This document shows positions 1-8,062 of a stretch of 64,000 nt of DNA, in pieces (within the stretch, counting starts at the first letter, position 1; each line of letters opens with the position of its first letter). The notes beneath the pieces were generated by a model that was not told where the DNA came from, searched no databases, and was given only the letters and a program-made list of their open reading frames with translations. Location of the stretch: the NCBI RefSeq assembly GCF_044324875.1, contig NZ_CP172186.1. The stretch is one strand, 5' to 3'. The DNA is from Escherichia coli (lineage in GTDB: Bacteria > Pseudomonadota > Gammaproteobacteria > Enterobacterales > Enterobacteriaceae). The position numbers and the translations under genes are program-made.

Positions 1-271
1 TTCCGCCATTTCTTCCTGAAGTGCGCTGATTCGCTCCTGTGCTTCCTGTATCTGCCGTTCGGTTTTTGCACGAAGTTTTTCTGAGCTTTTACCGAACTGC
101 ATACGTTGCAGTTTCGCAACCAGCGCCTTCAGCCGGTTGATTTCGGAAGCATAAGCCGCCACCCGCTGTGAGAGCAGGCGGTTGTATTCAGCCATCTGGC
201 GGATGGTGTCCTGTTGCGTCTGCAACAGTGCCCGCAGGCGGGCGTTCTCATGAGCAAGTGAGGTGTCCATA
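1..271 (-). CDS. tnpC: IS66-family transposase TnpC, N-terminal part only (continues past window start)
   Basis: Manual minus-strand translation from ATG at 271 gives MDTSLAHENARLRALLQTQQDTIRQMAEYNRLLSQRV..., an uninterrupted heptad-rich N-terminus typical of IS66 TnpC; sits directly downstream of tnpB as in IS66 operons. Confidence 0.7.
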
Positions 272-289
272 TCCTCACTTTACAACGGG

Positions 290-637
290 TTATATGCGGA
301 TTCCAGCGCGTTCCGTTCGTTTCGGGTGCTTCCAGTTGATACCTTCAAGAAGCATGGATAACTGAGCCGGAGTAAGGTGCACCTTGCCGTCACGGGTGAC
401 TGGCCAGACGAAGCGGCCCCGCTCCAGGCGTTTGGTGAAGAGGCACAGTCCGTCACTGTCAGCCCACAACACTTTTATCTGGTCACCCCGGCGTCCGCGG
501 AAGATGAACAGGTGTCCGGAGAACGGGTCATCCTTCAGGACGTTCTGAACTTTTGATGCCAGGCCGTTAAAGCCATTTCGCATATCGGTGATACCTGCAA
601 CCAGCCAGATACGCGAACCTGCAGGGAGAGATATCAT
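290..637 (-). CDS. tnpB: IS66-family accessory protein TnpB (Orf2)
   Basis: 115-aa ORF MISLPAGSRIWLVAGITDMRNGFNGLA... recognised as IS66 Orf2; stop/start overlap with upstream ORF. Confidence 0.9.
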   Translation of the reverse strand: MISLPAGSRIWLVAGITDMRNGFNGLASKVQNVLKDDPFSGHLFIFRGRRGDQIKVLWADSDGLCLFTKRLERGRFVWPVTRDGKVHLTPAQLSMLLEGINWKHPKRTERAGIRI

Positions 638-1314
638 CAGTGGCTGCTCCCTTTTATTTCGCGGATAAGTGTCTGTAATAACGCCGGCGTCAGTTTACCT
701 TTAAGCCTGAGAGTTCCGGCCGGCAGAACCAGCTCACAACACAGACTGTCGGACGGTGTATTTATCTGCTCTGGTTCCTGTGCGGGGGCCGGGATTTTAT
801 TATCCGGCTCCGGCGTTAACGTCACGGGAAGCAGTGCCGGCATATTTTTTCCGGAAGGCAGCAGGCCACCTTTCCGGTATTGATGGCGCCAGTTGAAGAG
901 CAGGTTATCGTTGATTCCGTTTTCCCGGGCGATCTGCGCCACACAGGCTCCGGGCTGCAGTGACTGCTCCACTAAGGCGATTTTAAACTCATAAGGGAAG
1001 TTGGGCCGCCGGGGACGTTTTTTTACCACGGGGGCTTCGGATATAACGGTGCTTTCAGGACGTACGACTGGTACCGTGGAAAATTGTCCGTAAAGGCAGG
1101 CATCAAGTTCCTGCTCCGACATGCCTGCGGGCAAAGGCCACGAAAGGCCAGCTCTCCGAAAGCGCACGAACATACTACAAACTGTTGATTTTGGTACACC
1201 CAGGCGACGCCCGGCCACAACCCGGGGTAAATGTTCTTCAAAGTGAAGACGTAAAGCTTCAGTGATCCAGGTCCGGTGTTTCATACGATAGTGTCCATTA
1301 AAAATGATGGACAT
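637..1314 (-). CDS. IS66-family Orf1 (TnpA)-like HTH protein; N-terminal ~95 aa resemble an IS21-family IstA N-terminus (possible in-frame fusion)
   Basis: C-terminal part (RRPNFPYEFKIALVEQS...AQIARENGINDNLLFNWRHQYRKG) has a transposase HTH pattern; N-terminal part (..GVPKSTVCSMFVRFRRAGLSWPLPAGMSEQELD) parallels the IstA N-terminus at 8063..9598 (..ASSLSWPLPADISHDTLE). Confidence 0.55.
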   Translation of the reverse strand: MSIIFNGHYRMKHRTWITEALRLHFEEHLPRVVAGRRLGVPKSTVCSMFVRFRRAGLSWPLPAGMSEQELDACLYGQFSTVPVVRPESTVISEAPVVKKRPRRPNFPYEFKIALVEQSLQPGACVAQIARENGINDNLLFNWRHQYRKGGLLPSGKNMPALLPVTLTPEPDNKIPAPAQEPEQINTPSDSLCCELVLPAGTLRLKGKLTPALLQTLIREIKGSSH

Positions 1315-1523
1315 TATTTTTGTAGAGCCGGAGGAAACAGACCAGACGGTTTAAATGAGCCGGTTACTTCCCGACAGACGACTCGGTGAAAAAAGTGGTG
1401 TGGCTGGCAATCCAGTCTGCGTCCCGGAAATGGACGATGCCGTTGAAGGACTGGCGAATGGCAATGAGCCGCTTTATTATCGAGTTCGGTGACCGCCTGG
1501 ACGGTCACTTCTGAGAAAGGCAT
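1314..1523 (-). CDS. hypothetical ORF, possibly non-coding remnant
   Basis: 69-aa ORF from track only; no recognisable motif. Confidence 0.15.
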   Translation of the reverse strand: MPFSEVTVQAVTELDNKAAHCHSPVLQRHRPFPGRRLDCQPHHFFHRVVCREVTGSFKPSGLFPPALQK

Positions 1524-1589
1524 TTACACAGAATCTTAAACAGGCTCAAGTGAAGCTAAGCACACAATCAATTCAGGTCTTTGACATCC

Positions 1590-1658
1590 TCCATCTTAAC
1601 TTCCAAAGGGTACTCCCGCCGACATAAGGCGGGAGTACCCTTTGGAAGTTAAGATGGA
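1590..1658. repeat. perfect 31-bp inverted repeat with 7-bp spacer (tccatcttaacttccaaagggtactcccgcc / gacataa / ggcgggagtaccctttggaagttaagatgga)
   Basis: Read directly; arms are exact reverse complements; related motif ttgacatcctcca occurs at about 1581 and 1759 and inverted at about 1782. Confidence 0.9.
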
Positions 1659-1801
1659 AAACCGACATAAGAACCCTCTGTTATCCTGAAACTCTTATAT
1701 TTATATAACTTGTGAAGGCGTTATGCACACAACCAATCTTCGCAAAGTCGGCGTCTCGTTGACATCCTCCACGCCCTGACGAATGTGGAGGAATGTCAAT
1801 A

Positions 1802-4075
1802 TTAATGTCCGGGCCACTCCTGTTGTTCAGTGACGTGATGTGATATTTCTTCTTTAGCTGTAGCCTCATTCTGGAGGTTTGAAGTAAATATACGCTCCAT
1901 TGTTTGTGCAACCGATGGTGGCATTTTTTCTTCCACACGTTCCTCTTCCGGACAACTCTGTGTGATATAGCATACGTGCCGTTCTTCCCGGGATGTGGTA
2001 TTGATGATGTGAACTGCCTTGTTCCACAGGCTGTTTCCCCGGGCAGAGATATCTGTATCATATTGCGGAAGCAGATCCAGCGATGTTTGTGTTTCGTTAA
2101 GCTGCTTCTGGAAGGTATCGATGATACGGTAAGGCTCTGTACGGTTTTTACGACGTTTACGGGATGGTTTTGCTGTCAGTACACCAATAATGCTGCTGAC
2201 ATGCTCCGGTGTGGGAAAACGGCGCTGCACTGTCCTGGGGACGAGACGGCGGAGACGCTCCAGGCGGGGGGCTTCAACGGAAATATAGCGGTTGATGACC
2301 ACCGGATCACTGTCGCAACTTTTCTCGCTGTCCGGAATATACACAGAGGCTGACGGCACCACATCCCCCTGGAAAACGGTAAAGAACTCACCGGCATTCA
2401 GTCTGATCAAATCCTGCACGTCGATTTTGCTTTCCATCTGGATGGTGATCTGGTTACCGTCCACCCAGGACTCACCCATCACACCATCGTGGCGCTGCAG
2501 GCTGCCCATTCTGGCCCGAGCCTCTTCACCGGCGGCATTTTTCACCGTTCTTGCCGTTTTGTCGTCACTGACAATGCGTCCGGCGAATTTGGTGCCGGCG
2601 TTCTGCATCAGTGTGGCGGTGTTGGTGGCGGAGGTCTGCCCTTCAATTCGCTCCTGATCCTGCGCCATCATTATCAGGGAAAACTCCAGTGAACGTACCT
2701 GGGTGGCCTCCACAGCAATGCGGTCTGTGTAGTAGGCACCGACTTCGTCAAGGATACAGATATAGGGGAAGCGGCCTTTGTATTTTTTTACTTCCAGGGT
2801 CTGTGCGTCTGTGCCTTCCAGGCGGTAGCCCAGGTCACGGGCGAGGATCATGCTCTGCTGGGTGATGAACATACGACCGAGTGCCGACGTGGTATGGGCT
2901 GATGTGTCCAGTGCGGGGATCATCACAATCAGAATTCGGTCGCTGTGGATACTGTCGCGAATATCGATGTCGCCGGCATCTGCCGCAAAGACGTCCCCGA
3001 AGGTTTCGGCAAAGGTTGTGAATGTTTCCGAGAACTGACCGGAGAGATAAGCATGCTGTTTACGGGGCTCCTCAGTCCAGGCTGACGGCGTTCTCACCAG
3101 TGACATATCGAATCCCGGAACGTCCTGCAGGTAATTTCTCAGTGGTGCGATGGCTTCTTCCGGCCACTGGTCATCAAGCCCACGGCAATAGAGTTTTGCC
3201 ATACCTTCCAGCGTCATATGCTCCCGTAACATCTGCAGGGACATGGTTTTTCTTTCCCGGACGCACCAGAATTTTGTGCCAAAGACCAGGGCTTTGTTCA
3301 TGGCTATCGCCCGTGACTGCCATTCACCCCCCTGAACGTTCTGGGGAAGCATGGACTGCATGGTTTCGGCGGTGAAGGCTTCGGTGCTGAATGCGAACGG
3401 GTTCCAGGTGTTTGACTGTGGGCGGGATTTTTCGCCGCTCTGAATGATTTCACTGCGGGATTTTCCGCCGTTCATGAAGTTGATGACCTCGATATCATCC
3501 TCCCGGCCAAAACGTCGGGAGAGATACCAGATTGTCCTCGTGGTATCGTTCTGTGCCTTTCCGTCAACAAAGGTAAAGCCTCTTCCCCAGCAGAGAGGGT
3601 TGAGCAGCCAGGCAAAGGTGGTTTCTGTTTTACCGCCACCGGTGGTGGAAAAAAATATGATATGCCGGGTGAGGTCATCCATGCTCAGCCAGAGCTCACG
3701 ACCGATATCGTTGATACGGCGGTAACCGACATAAAAAATCCCCCGTGCGGGGGATGTTTCATCTGCTTCATACTGAAACAGGGTGGGCCAGAAGCTGAAG
3801 AGGCTTCGCCTGACCTTTCTGTCCTGGGAGGGGTCATCAAGGCTGAGCGTCATGGGCATACGCAGGGGGCATCGCCAGCGTTGCAGCGTGAATATCACGG
3901 AGGTGACCAGGGTGAACAGCAGACAGACAGGAAGGGCCAGTGGCCATATCAGGGCCGTAATGATACTGCCGGCCAGACACAGACCAATGATGTTCAGGTT
4001 GTGCAGTGCATTCCACAGCGGGTTTCCCCAGGCCGTGCGGTGTATGAGGTCAGGATTAACGTGATGCTGGCTCAT
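1802..4075 (-). CDS. trbC: type IV coupling protein, DotL/IcmO-like (IncI1 TrbC-like)
   Basis: 757 aa; N-terminal TM segments; Walker A FFSTTGGGKTET; last gene of trbA-trbB-trbC arrangement. Confidence 0.8.
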   Translation of the reverse strand: MSQHHVNPDLIHRTAWGNPLWNALHNLNIIGLCLAGSIITALIWPLALPVCLLFTLVTSVIFTLQRWRCPLRMPMTLSLDDPSQDRKVRRSLFSFWPTLFQYEADETSPARGIFYVGYRRINDIGRELWLSMDDLTRHIIFFSTTGGGKTETTFAWLLNPLCWGRGFTFVDGKAQNDTTRTIWYLSRRFGREDDIEVINFMNGGKSRSEIIQSGEKSRPQSNTWNPFAFSTEAFTAETMQSMLPQNVQGGEWQSRAIAMNKALVFGTKFWCVRERKTMSLQMLREHMTLEGMAKLYCRGLDDQWPEEAIAPLRNYLQDVPGFDMSLVRTPSAWTEEPRKQHAYLSGQFSETFTTFAETFGDVFAADAGDIDIRDSIHSDRILIVMIPALDTSAHTTSALGRMFITQQSMILARDLGYRLEGTDAQTLEVKKYKGRFPYICILDEVGAYYTDRIAVEATQVRSLEFSLIMMAQDQERIEGQTSATNTATLMQNAGTKFAGRIVSDDKTARTVKNAAGEEARARMGSLQRHDGVMGESWVDGNQITIQMESKIDVQDLIRLNAGEFFTVFQGDVVPSASVYIPDSEKSCDSDPVVINRYISVEAPRLERLRRLVPRTVQRRFPTPEHVSSIIGVLTAKPSRKRRKNRTEPYRIIDTFQKQLNETQTSLDLLPQYDTDISARGNSLWNKAVHIINTTSREERHVCYITQSCPEEERVEEKMPPSVAQTMERIFTSNLQNEATAKEEISHHVTEQQEWPGH

Positions 4076-5174
4076 TGTGATTATCCTCGGTATCTGTGGC
4101 TTTCAGGAACAGGCTGACGGTAGTGGCGTCTTTCAGGATGCCGGACGGCAGGTGCCAGCCGGTATCGGATAACACCCATGGGGTACCGCCAAAACCGAAC
4201 TGGCGGAAAGCCTGGTTATTGACATCGATGGCAGCACGAGCAGCGGTCAGACACTTTTCATCCGGTGCAGCCGGTGCATCGCCGGTGGGTGCCATACCAC
4301 CGTCTGCGGAATACAGCTGATGCCATCCGGTCGCCCGTTTTTGTGCGTCCGGTTCACACAGCAGTGGCGCAGTCCGGTTTGTGCTGGCCTCTCCGCCGAT
4401 TACGGAGACCGGATAAATCACCACGCTGAATTCCCGGGCCAGTTGCTTAAGCGCGGGCTCCAGAAGACGGCAGTTGATGCATGCGGGGTCAAGGAAGGCG
4501 TAGAGTGTGCGTTCATGACCAGTGGAGAGATTAATGGTGAACATACCCCGGTCCGCGTTGCGTTTAAGTACAGTGGCCAGATTACGGCGGGCTTCAGCGA
4601 CCAGAGTATTTTTGTCTGCTGTTATCGCCGGGGTAGCGGATGTCTCCTGCATTTCCTGTGATGCCGGGTGAACGATTTCATTTTTCGTCTCTGACGGGGC
4701 TACTGACCGGACAATTTCCTTGTCGATGTGTAATGGTGCTGTTTCTGTTACGGATTCTGTGACAGGTACCCTGAGAGGGGAATCGCTGTCCGGTTTCAGT
4801 AAAATATATCCGGCTGTTACCGCTGTCAGAAGTGCCAGCACTAATCCTGCACCGTATATCAGCCCTCTCATGAAGCTGGTTTTCCGGGCAGGAAGTTCTG
4901 CATATGCCGCGCTCAGACAGCTGTCAATCGCGGAGAGCATTCTGCCGATGTGATGTCCGGGACGTTCAGTATCAACGGTATCAACAAGCAGTGTTTCGGT
5001 TATTTCACGAAAAGGGGTGCTGAAGGACAGGTGCATCAGCCTGTTATTACGGTTAATCAGTGCGCCCAGTTCTGTAACCGGCAGGATGGCAATAACCTCC
5101 TGACCACCGTCAGGGTACAGGGCGGTCAGGGACAGGTGTTTATTGTTCAGTGTTGCAGTGTAGCGGATGGTCAT
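4056..5174 (-). CDS. trbB: thioredoxin-fold protein with CxxC motif (TrbB-like)
   Basis: 372 aa; TM/signal-like N-terminal region; motif LDPACINCRLLEPA; position between trbA and trbC. Confidence 0.65.
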   Translation of the reverse strand: MTIRYTATLNNKHLSLTALYPDGGQEVIAILPVTELGALINRNNRLMHLSFSTPFREITETLLVDTVDTERPGHHIGRMLSAIDSCLSAAYAELPARKTSFMRGLIYGAGLVLALLTAVTAGYILLKPDSDSPLRVPVTESVTETAPLHIDKEIVRSVAPSETKNEIVHPASQEMQETSATPAITADKNTLVAEARRNLATVLKRNADRGMFTINLSTGHERTLYAFLDPACINCRLLEPALKQLAREFSVVIYPVSVIGGEASTNRTAPLLCEPDAQKRATGWHQLYSADGGMAPTGDAPAAPDEKCLTAARAAIDVNNQAFRQFGFGGTPWVLSDTGWHLPSGILKDATTVSLFLKATDTEDNHNEPASR

Positions 5175-6487
5175 TGTGCTTTTTCCTTGTCGGCGGGATG
5201 CTGTTTTTCGGTGGTTTCGGTGGTTTCGGTGGTTTCGGTGGTTTCGGTGGTTTCGGTGGTTTCGGTGGTTTCACCAGTGTCAGTGTCTTCGTCGTTATCA
5301 TGGCGGCGGGGTATCACGTCATCCGTGAGTGACCAGCGGGTCCTGATCTGACGTTTACGATCGCGATCTGGCTGAGGTTCGTCCCATATCAGGCCCAGCC
5401 CCAGCATGTCCCGTCGAAGCCCTTCAATGGCCTCTTCCACACAGGGTTCCGGGCAGGGGAGGCCGAGACGGCTGGCTTCATTTTCTGCCCGGGCAACGGC
5501 CACCACGCCGGCCCCTTCGATGAAGCCTTTTGTGGTGTTTGCCCGGTGAAGGGCATAGAAGAGCGTCCGGTCAACGCCCTTGAGCCACAGCCAGTTCGGA
5601 GGCGTCAGGCGCAAATCATGTGCGTAAAGCCAGACCAGACCGCTGCGAACGTAACGGTGCTGCCTGAGCCACTTTTGTGCGCCTTCTGTTTTGATGACCC
5701 GGATAAAGGCGTTTCTGGCCAGTGAATACACCGGCGTGCTGAAACGCCCCTGGTCCCGTTTACTTTTGAGCCTGCAGGAGAGATTGAGGTTGTTCATCAG
5801 GGCTACCGCTGCTTTCCGGTCACCGAGGAAGAACTGCAGGCCAAAGATGGCAAAGAGCGCTTTTTCATGTGGGGCCATGTCTTTCCAGCTGGTCAGTGGT
5901 TGCCCCAGTTGCGCCATGAAGCACTGGCGTGTGGACGCAACATCGAGCTGCATGTTGCGGATAAGGTTGTTCTGCTCCACAAAGGCTTCGGGGGTTAGTG
6001 CGACACGGCGCTCGGGACGTTTTTGTCCGTGGAAGAGTCTGTTGTTGTCTCCGTCAGCCAGAACGGGGGCGATCGCCGGTGACAGAGCTGAAAAAATATG
6101 GGGCAGTGTGTGGATATTCAGTGGCCTGCGGGTAAAACGGGGCTGGGCCGGATGGTGAAACCACATCCACAGAAAGCCGAATGTCATGGGAAGCAGAATC
6201 AGCCAGAGGATCCCCACTGTCCGGGACATAACATCCAGCCACTGGCTGAAAGTGATGGTTGCCGCGTTGTTAGCAGTGATGGCCAGCAGGTTGTAACGGG
6301 GGACGGCAAAGTTGTGAAAGGGCCCCCAGTCAATCATGCCCCACAGTGTGTGCAGGATCAGGCAGGAGGCGAAGACGATTTCAGGTAAAAAGCGCCAGAT
6401 GATAATCGCAAAGAGCAGGCATATGGCACCGACGATATACCATATAGCCATTGGATCTTCGGCGGCAGACGTCTGTTGGTAAGACAC
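5171..6487 (-). CDS. trbA: inner-membrane protein (TrbA-like, DotM/IcmP-like) with C-terminal (ETT)7 repeat tail
   Basis: 438 aa; several hydrophobic helices; C-terminus TGETTETTETTETTETTETTETTEKQ encoded by the 9-bp tandem repeat. Confidence 0.65.
   Translation of the reverse strand: MSYQQTSAAEDPMAIWYIVGAICLLFAIIIWRFLPEIVFASCLILHTLWGMIDWGPFHNFAVPRYNLLAITANNAATITFSQWLDVMSRTVGILWLILLPMTFGFLWMWFHHPAQPRFTRRPLNIHTLPHIFSALSPAIAPVLADGDNNRLFHGQKRPERRVALTPEAFVEQNNLIRNMQLDVASTRQCFMAQLGQPLTSWKDMAPHEKALFAIFGLQFFLGDRKAAVALMNNLNLSCRLKSKRDQGRFSTPVYSLARNAFIRVIKTEGAQKWLRQHRYVRSGLVWLYAHDLRLTPPNWLWLKGVDRTLFYALHRANTTKGFIEGAGVVAVARAENEASRLGLPCPEPCVEEAIEGLRRDMLGLGLIWDEPQPDRDRKRQIRTRWSLTDDVIPRRHDNDEDTDTGETTETTETTETTETTETTETTEKQHPADKEKAQ
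5207..5269. repeat. 7 perfect tandem copies of 9-bp unit ttcggtggt inside trbA
   Basis: Read directly from sequence; in-frame, encodes (ETT)n on minus strand. Confidence 0.95.
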
Positions 6488-6643
6488 GGGGATTCCTCCA
6501 TAGATGAATGGATAAATTTCGGGATTAAGTCGGGTGGCATGAATGCGAATCAGCGCCGGTAATAACCGGACAGGAATGAATTCAACAGGACATTTTTACA
6601 GAGAAGAGCGAACGGCAGAAGGTGGTGGGAGACAGGTACAAAA

Positions 6644-6680
6644 AAACCGACTGGTGAGGCCGGTTTTTTTGCGATTCCGG
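6644..6680. terminator. putative bidirectional intrinsic terminator (A7-CCG..CGG-T7 hairpin)
   Basis: aaaaaaaccgactggtgaggccggttttttt: short GC-anchored stem flanked by A-run and T-run; lies between IS21 end and trbA promoter region. Confidence 0.4.
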
Positions 6681-6797
6681 GGTGGAGTTGGTGGCTCTGA
6701 CCGGAGGAAGTCTCTTTTCAGCTAACAATGAGAGAGCTGTTGTGACAGGCAATGTAAGAGTAAGCAGCAGTGATTTCCTCCATTGACGGAGAAACGG

Positions 6798-6881
6798 ATG
6801 ATTAACCTGTTAATCATCGTTCTCAGGGCGGTTGTTGCTGTGGCTAACGCAGTGATAGCTCTCCGGGAACTGGTTGACTGA
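6798..6881 (+). CDS. candidate small hydrophobic peptide (27 aa, MINLLIIVLRAVVAVANAVIALRELVD)
   Basis: ATG preceded by GGAG at 6-nt spacing; start codon lies inside a 10-bp palindrome (gatgattaac-ct-gttaatcatc, 6797..6818); stable hairpin 6901..6930 downstream; below track size cutoff. Confidence 0.35.
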   Translation: MINLLIIVLRAVVAVANAVIALRELVD

Positions 6882-6943
6882 TAATCCCGGAAACGTACTT
6901 AAGGGCAGAGGGTCACCTCCTTCTGCCCTTTAACAAAATATGC

Positions 6944-7120
6944 TCAGGTTAAAAATCGAAAACCTTCCTGCACTTCCTGTGCCTGTTCCCGTGAGCCAAA
7001 CATGAGCCGGCTTTTACCCGGAACTCCCCAGGAAATATATTCTACATCCACCCACCATTTTCCGTATTCTTCATACGGTCCGGATATCACTTTAGTGACA
7101 AATGCATCAATCAGGTTCAT
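6944..7120 (-). CDS. candidate small protein (58 aa, MNLIDAFVTKVISGPYEEYGKWWVDVEYISWGVPGKSRLMFGSREQAQEVQEGFRFLT)
   Basis: Manual translation; AAGGTG-like RBS upstream; convergent with the 27-aa ORF and sharing the 6901..6930 hairpin; below track size cutoff. Confidence 0.35.
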   Translation of the reverse strand: MNLIDAFVTKVISGPYEEYGKWWVDVEYISWGVPGKSRLMFGSREQAQEVQEGFRFLT

Positions 7121-7290
7121 TTTTACACCTTTCTGTTATTCTGCTTATTACGACCAGCAGACAGCAAATATTAAAAATAACGCGGCGGTAATGCGTATTC
7201 CGCTCTATTCGATCACGGATTGGCATCGAAGTCCGATCAGCGATTCGCATCCATTCGATCAACCGGGAACTTAACTTTTTCTACCGCTTT

Positions 7291-8046
7291 TTAACGCGTT
7301 TTTTCGCTGCTTTCCACTACCGGGGGATTTTTCCTCAGTGACTCTCCCTGAAGGACCACTCGGTGTGAGTTATGTACCAGTCTGTCCAGGATGGCATCTG
7401 CTGTTGTTGGGTTCTCCATCAGACCATGCCATTTATCTACCGGGAACTGGCTTACCACTATCGTGCTGCTTTGTCCGTAACGATCCTCTATGAGCTCCAG
7501 AAGGTCATTACACTGGGCGTTACTTAACTGTTCCAGCCCCAGATCGTCCAGGATTAGAACCTGTATTTTTTGCAACTGTTTCAGATATTTCAGCCAGCTG
7601 CCATCAACACGTCCCTGAGCCAGTTGTTCCAGTAATCGCCCGGTTCTACAGTACCGGACGCTGTGTTTCTGTCGACATGCCTGTTCGCCCAGCGCATTGG
7701 CTATCCAGCTCTTGCCACATCCTGTCGGACCGGTTATCAGCAGGTTTTTCCTGTGGGTTATGTAGTGGCCGTTCAGCAGTTCTCTCATCTGTTCAGCCCG
7801 CAGACCTCTTGAGGCCGGATAGCGCAGCCCTTCCGGTGTTGCCTGGTATTTCAGGCCGGCATTTTTTCTCAACCGTGCCACACGGCTGTTTTCCCTGCTC
7901 AGAAGCTCGTCATCAACCAGCAGCGTCAGCCTTTCCTCGAACGACAGTTCGTCGTAGGTCTGAGGCGTTTCCCGCTGCCGTATCAGGCTCCCGGCCATCG
8001 CCGGGAGTTTCAGTTGGGTCAGTTTGTTTAACAGGTTATCACTCAT
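7291..8046 (-). CDS. istB: IS21-family helper ATPase IstB
   Basis: Walker A GPTGCGKSW, Walker B VLILDDLG; start taken at MSDNLLNKL (track ORF 7291..8289 begins further upstream). Confidence 0.85.
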   Translation of the reverse strand: MSDNLLNKLTQLKLPAMAGSLIRQRETPQTYDELSFEERLTLLVDDELLSRENSRVARLRKNAGLKYQATPEGLRYPASRGLRAEQMRELLNGHYITHRKNLLITGPTGCGKSWIANALGEQACRQKHSVRYCRTGRLLEQLAQGRVDGSWLKYLKQLQKIQVLILDDLGLEQLSNAQCNDLLELIEDRYGQSSTIVVSQFPVDKWHGLMENPTTADAILDRLVHNSHRVVLQGESLRKNPPVVESSEKTR

Positions 8047-8062
8047 ACTGTTGTTCCTTCTG

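Larger units (their letters stand above)
1..1314 (-). mobile_element. IS66-family insertion sequence, partial; right boundary uncertain, left part outside window
   Basis: tnpA-like/tnpB/tnpC gene order on minus strand; terminal inverted repeat not identified. Confidence 0.65.

Noticed and set aside
168-365. GTG-initiated plus-strand ORF at the left edge
   Set aside because: Antisense to the IS66 tnpC/tnpB coding sequence; no independent support.
1590-1658. 31-bp palindrome considered as a rho-independent terminator of trbC
   Set aside because: No U-tract follows the stem on either strand and the stem is much longer than typical terminators; kept as a repeat or site of unknown function.
1523-1802. 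Search for oriT/nikA/nikB, expected next to trbC in IncI1 plasmids
   Set aside because: No relaxase or NikA-like ORF and no recognisable nic sequence in the window; the region is occupied by IS-related DNA, so oriT is outside the window or displaced.
1904-2353. Plus-strand ORFs overlapping minus-strand tra/trb/pil genes throughout the window (for example 1904..2353, 19636..20133, 35033..35683, 42737..43579, 52456..53283)
   Set aside because: Antisense shadow ORFs within well-supported genes, without RBS or motif support.
5207-5269. Tandem array considered as a possible CRISPR-like repeat
   Set aside because: Unit is only 9 bp with no spacers, is perfectly in frame inside a CDS and has no cas genes nearby; it is a coding microsatellite.
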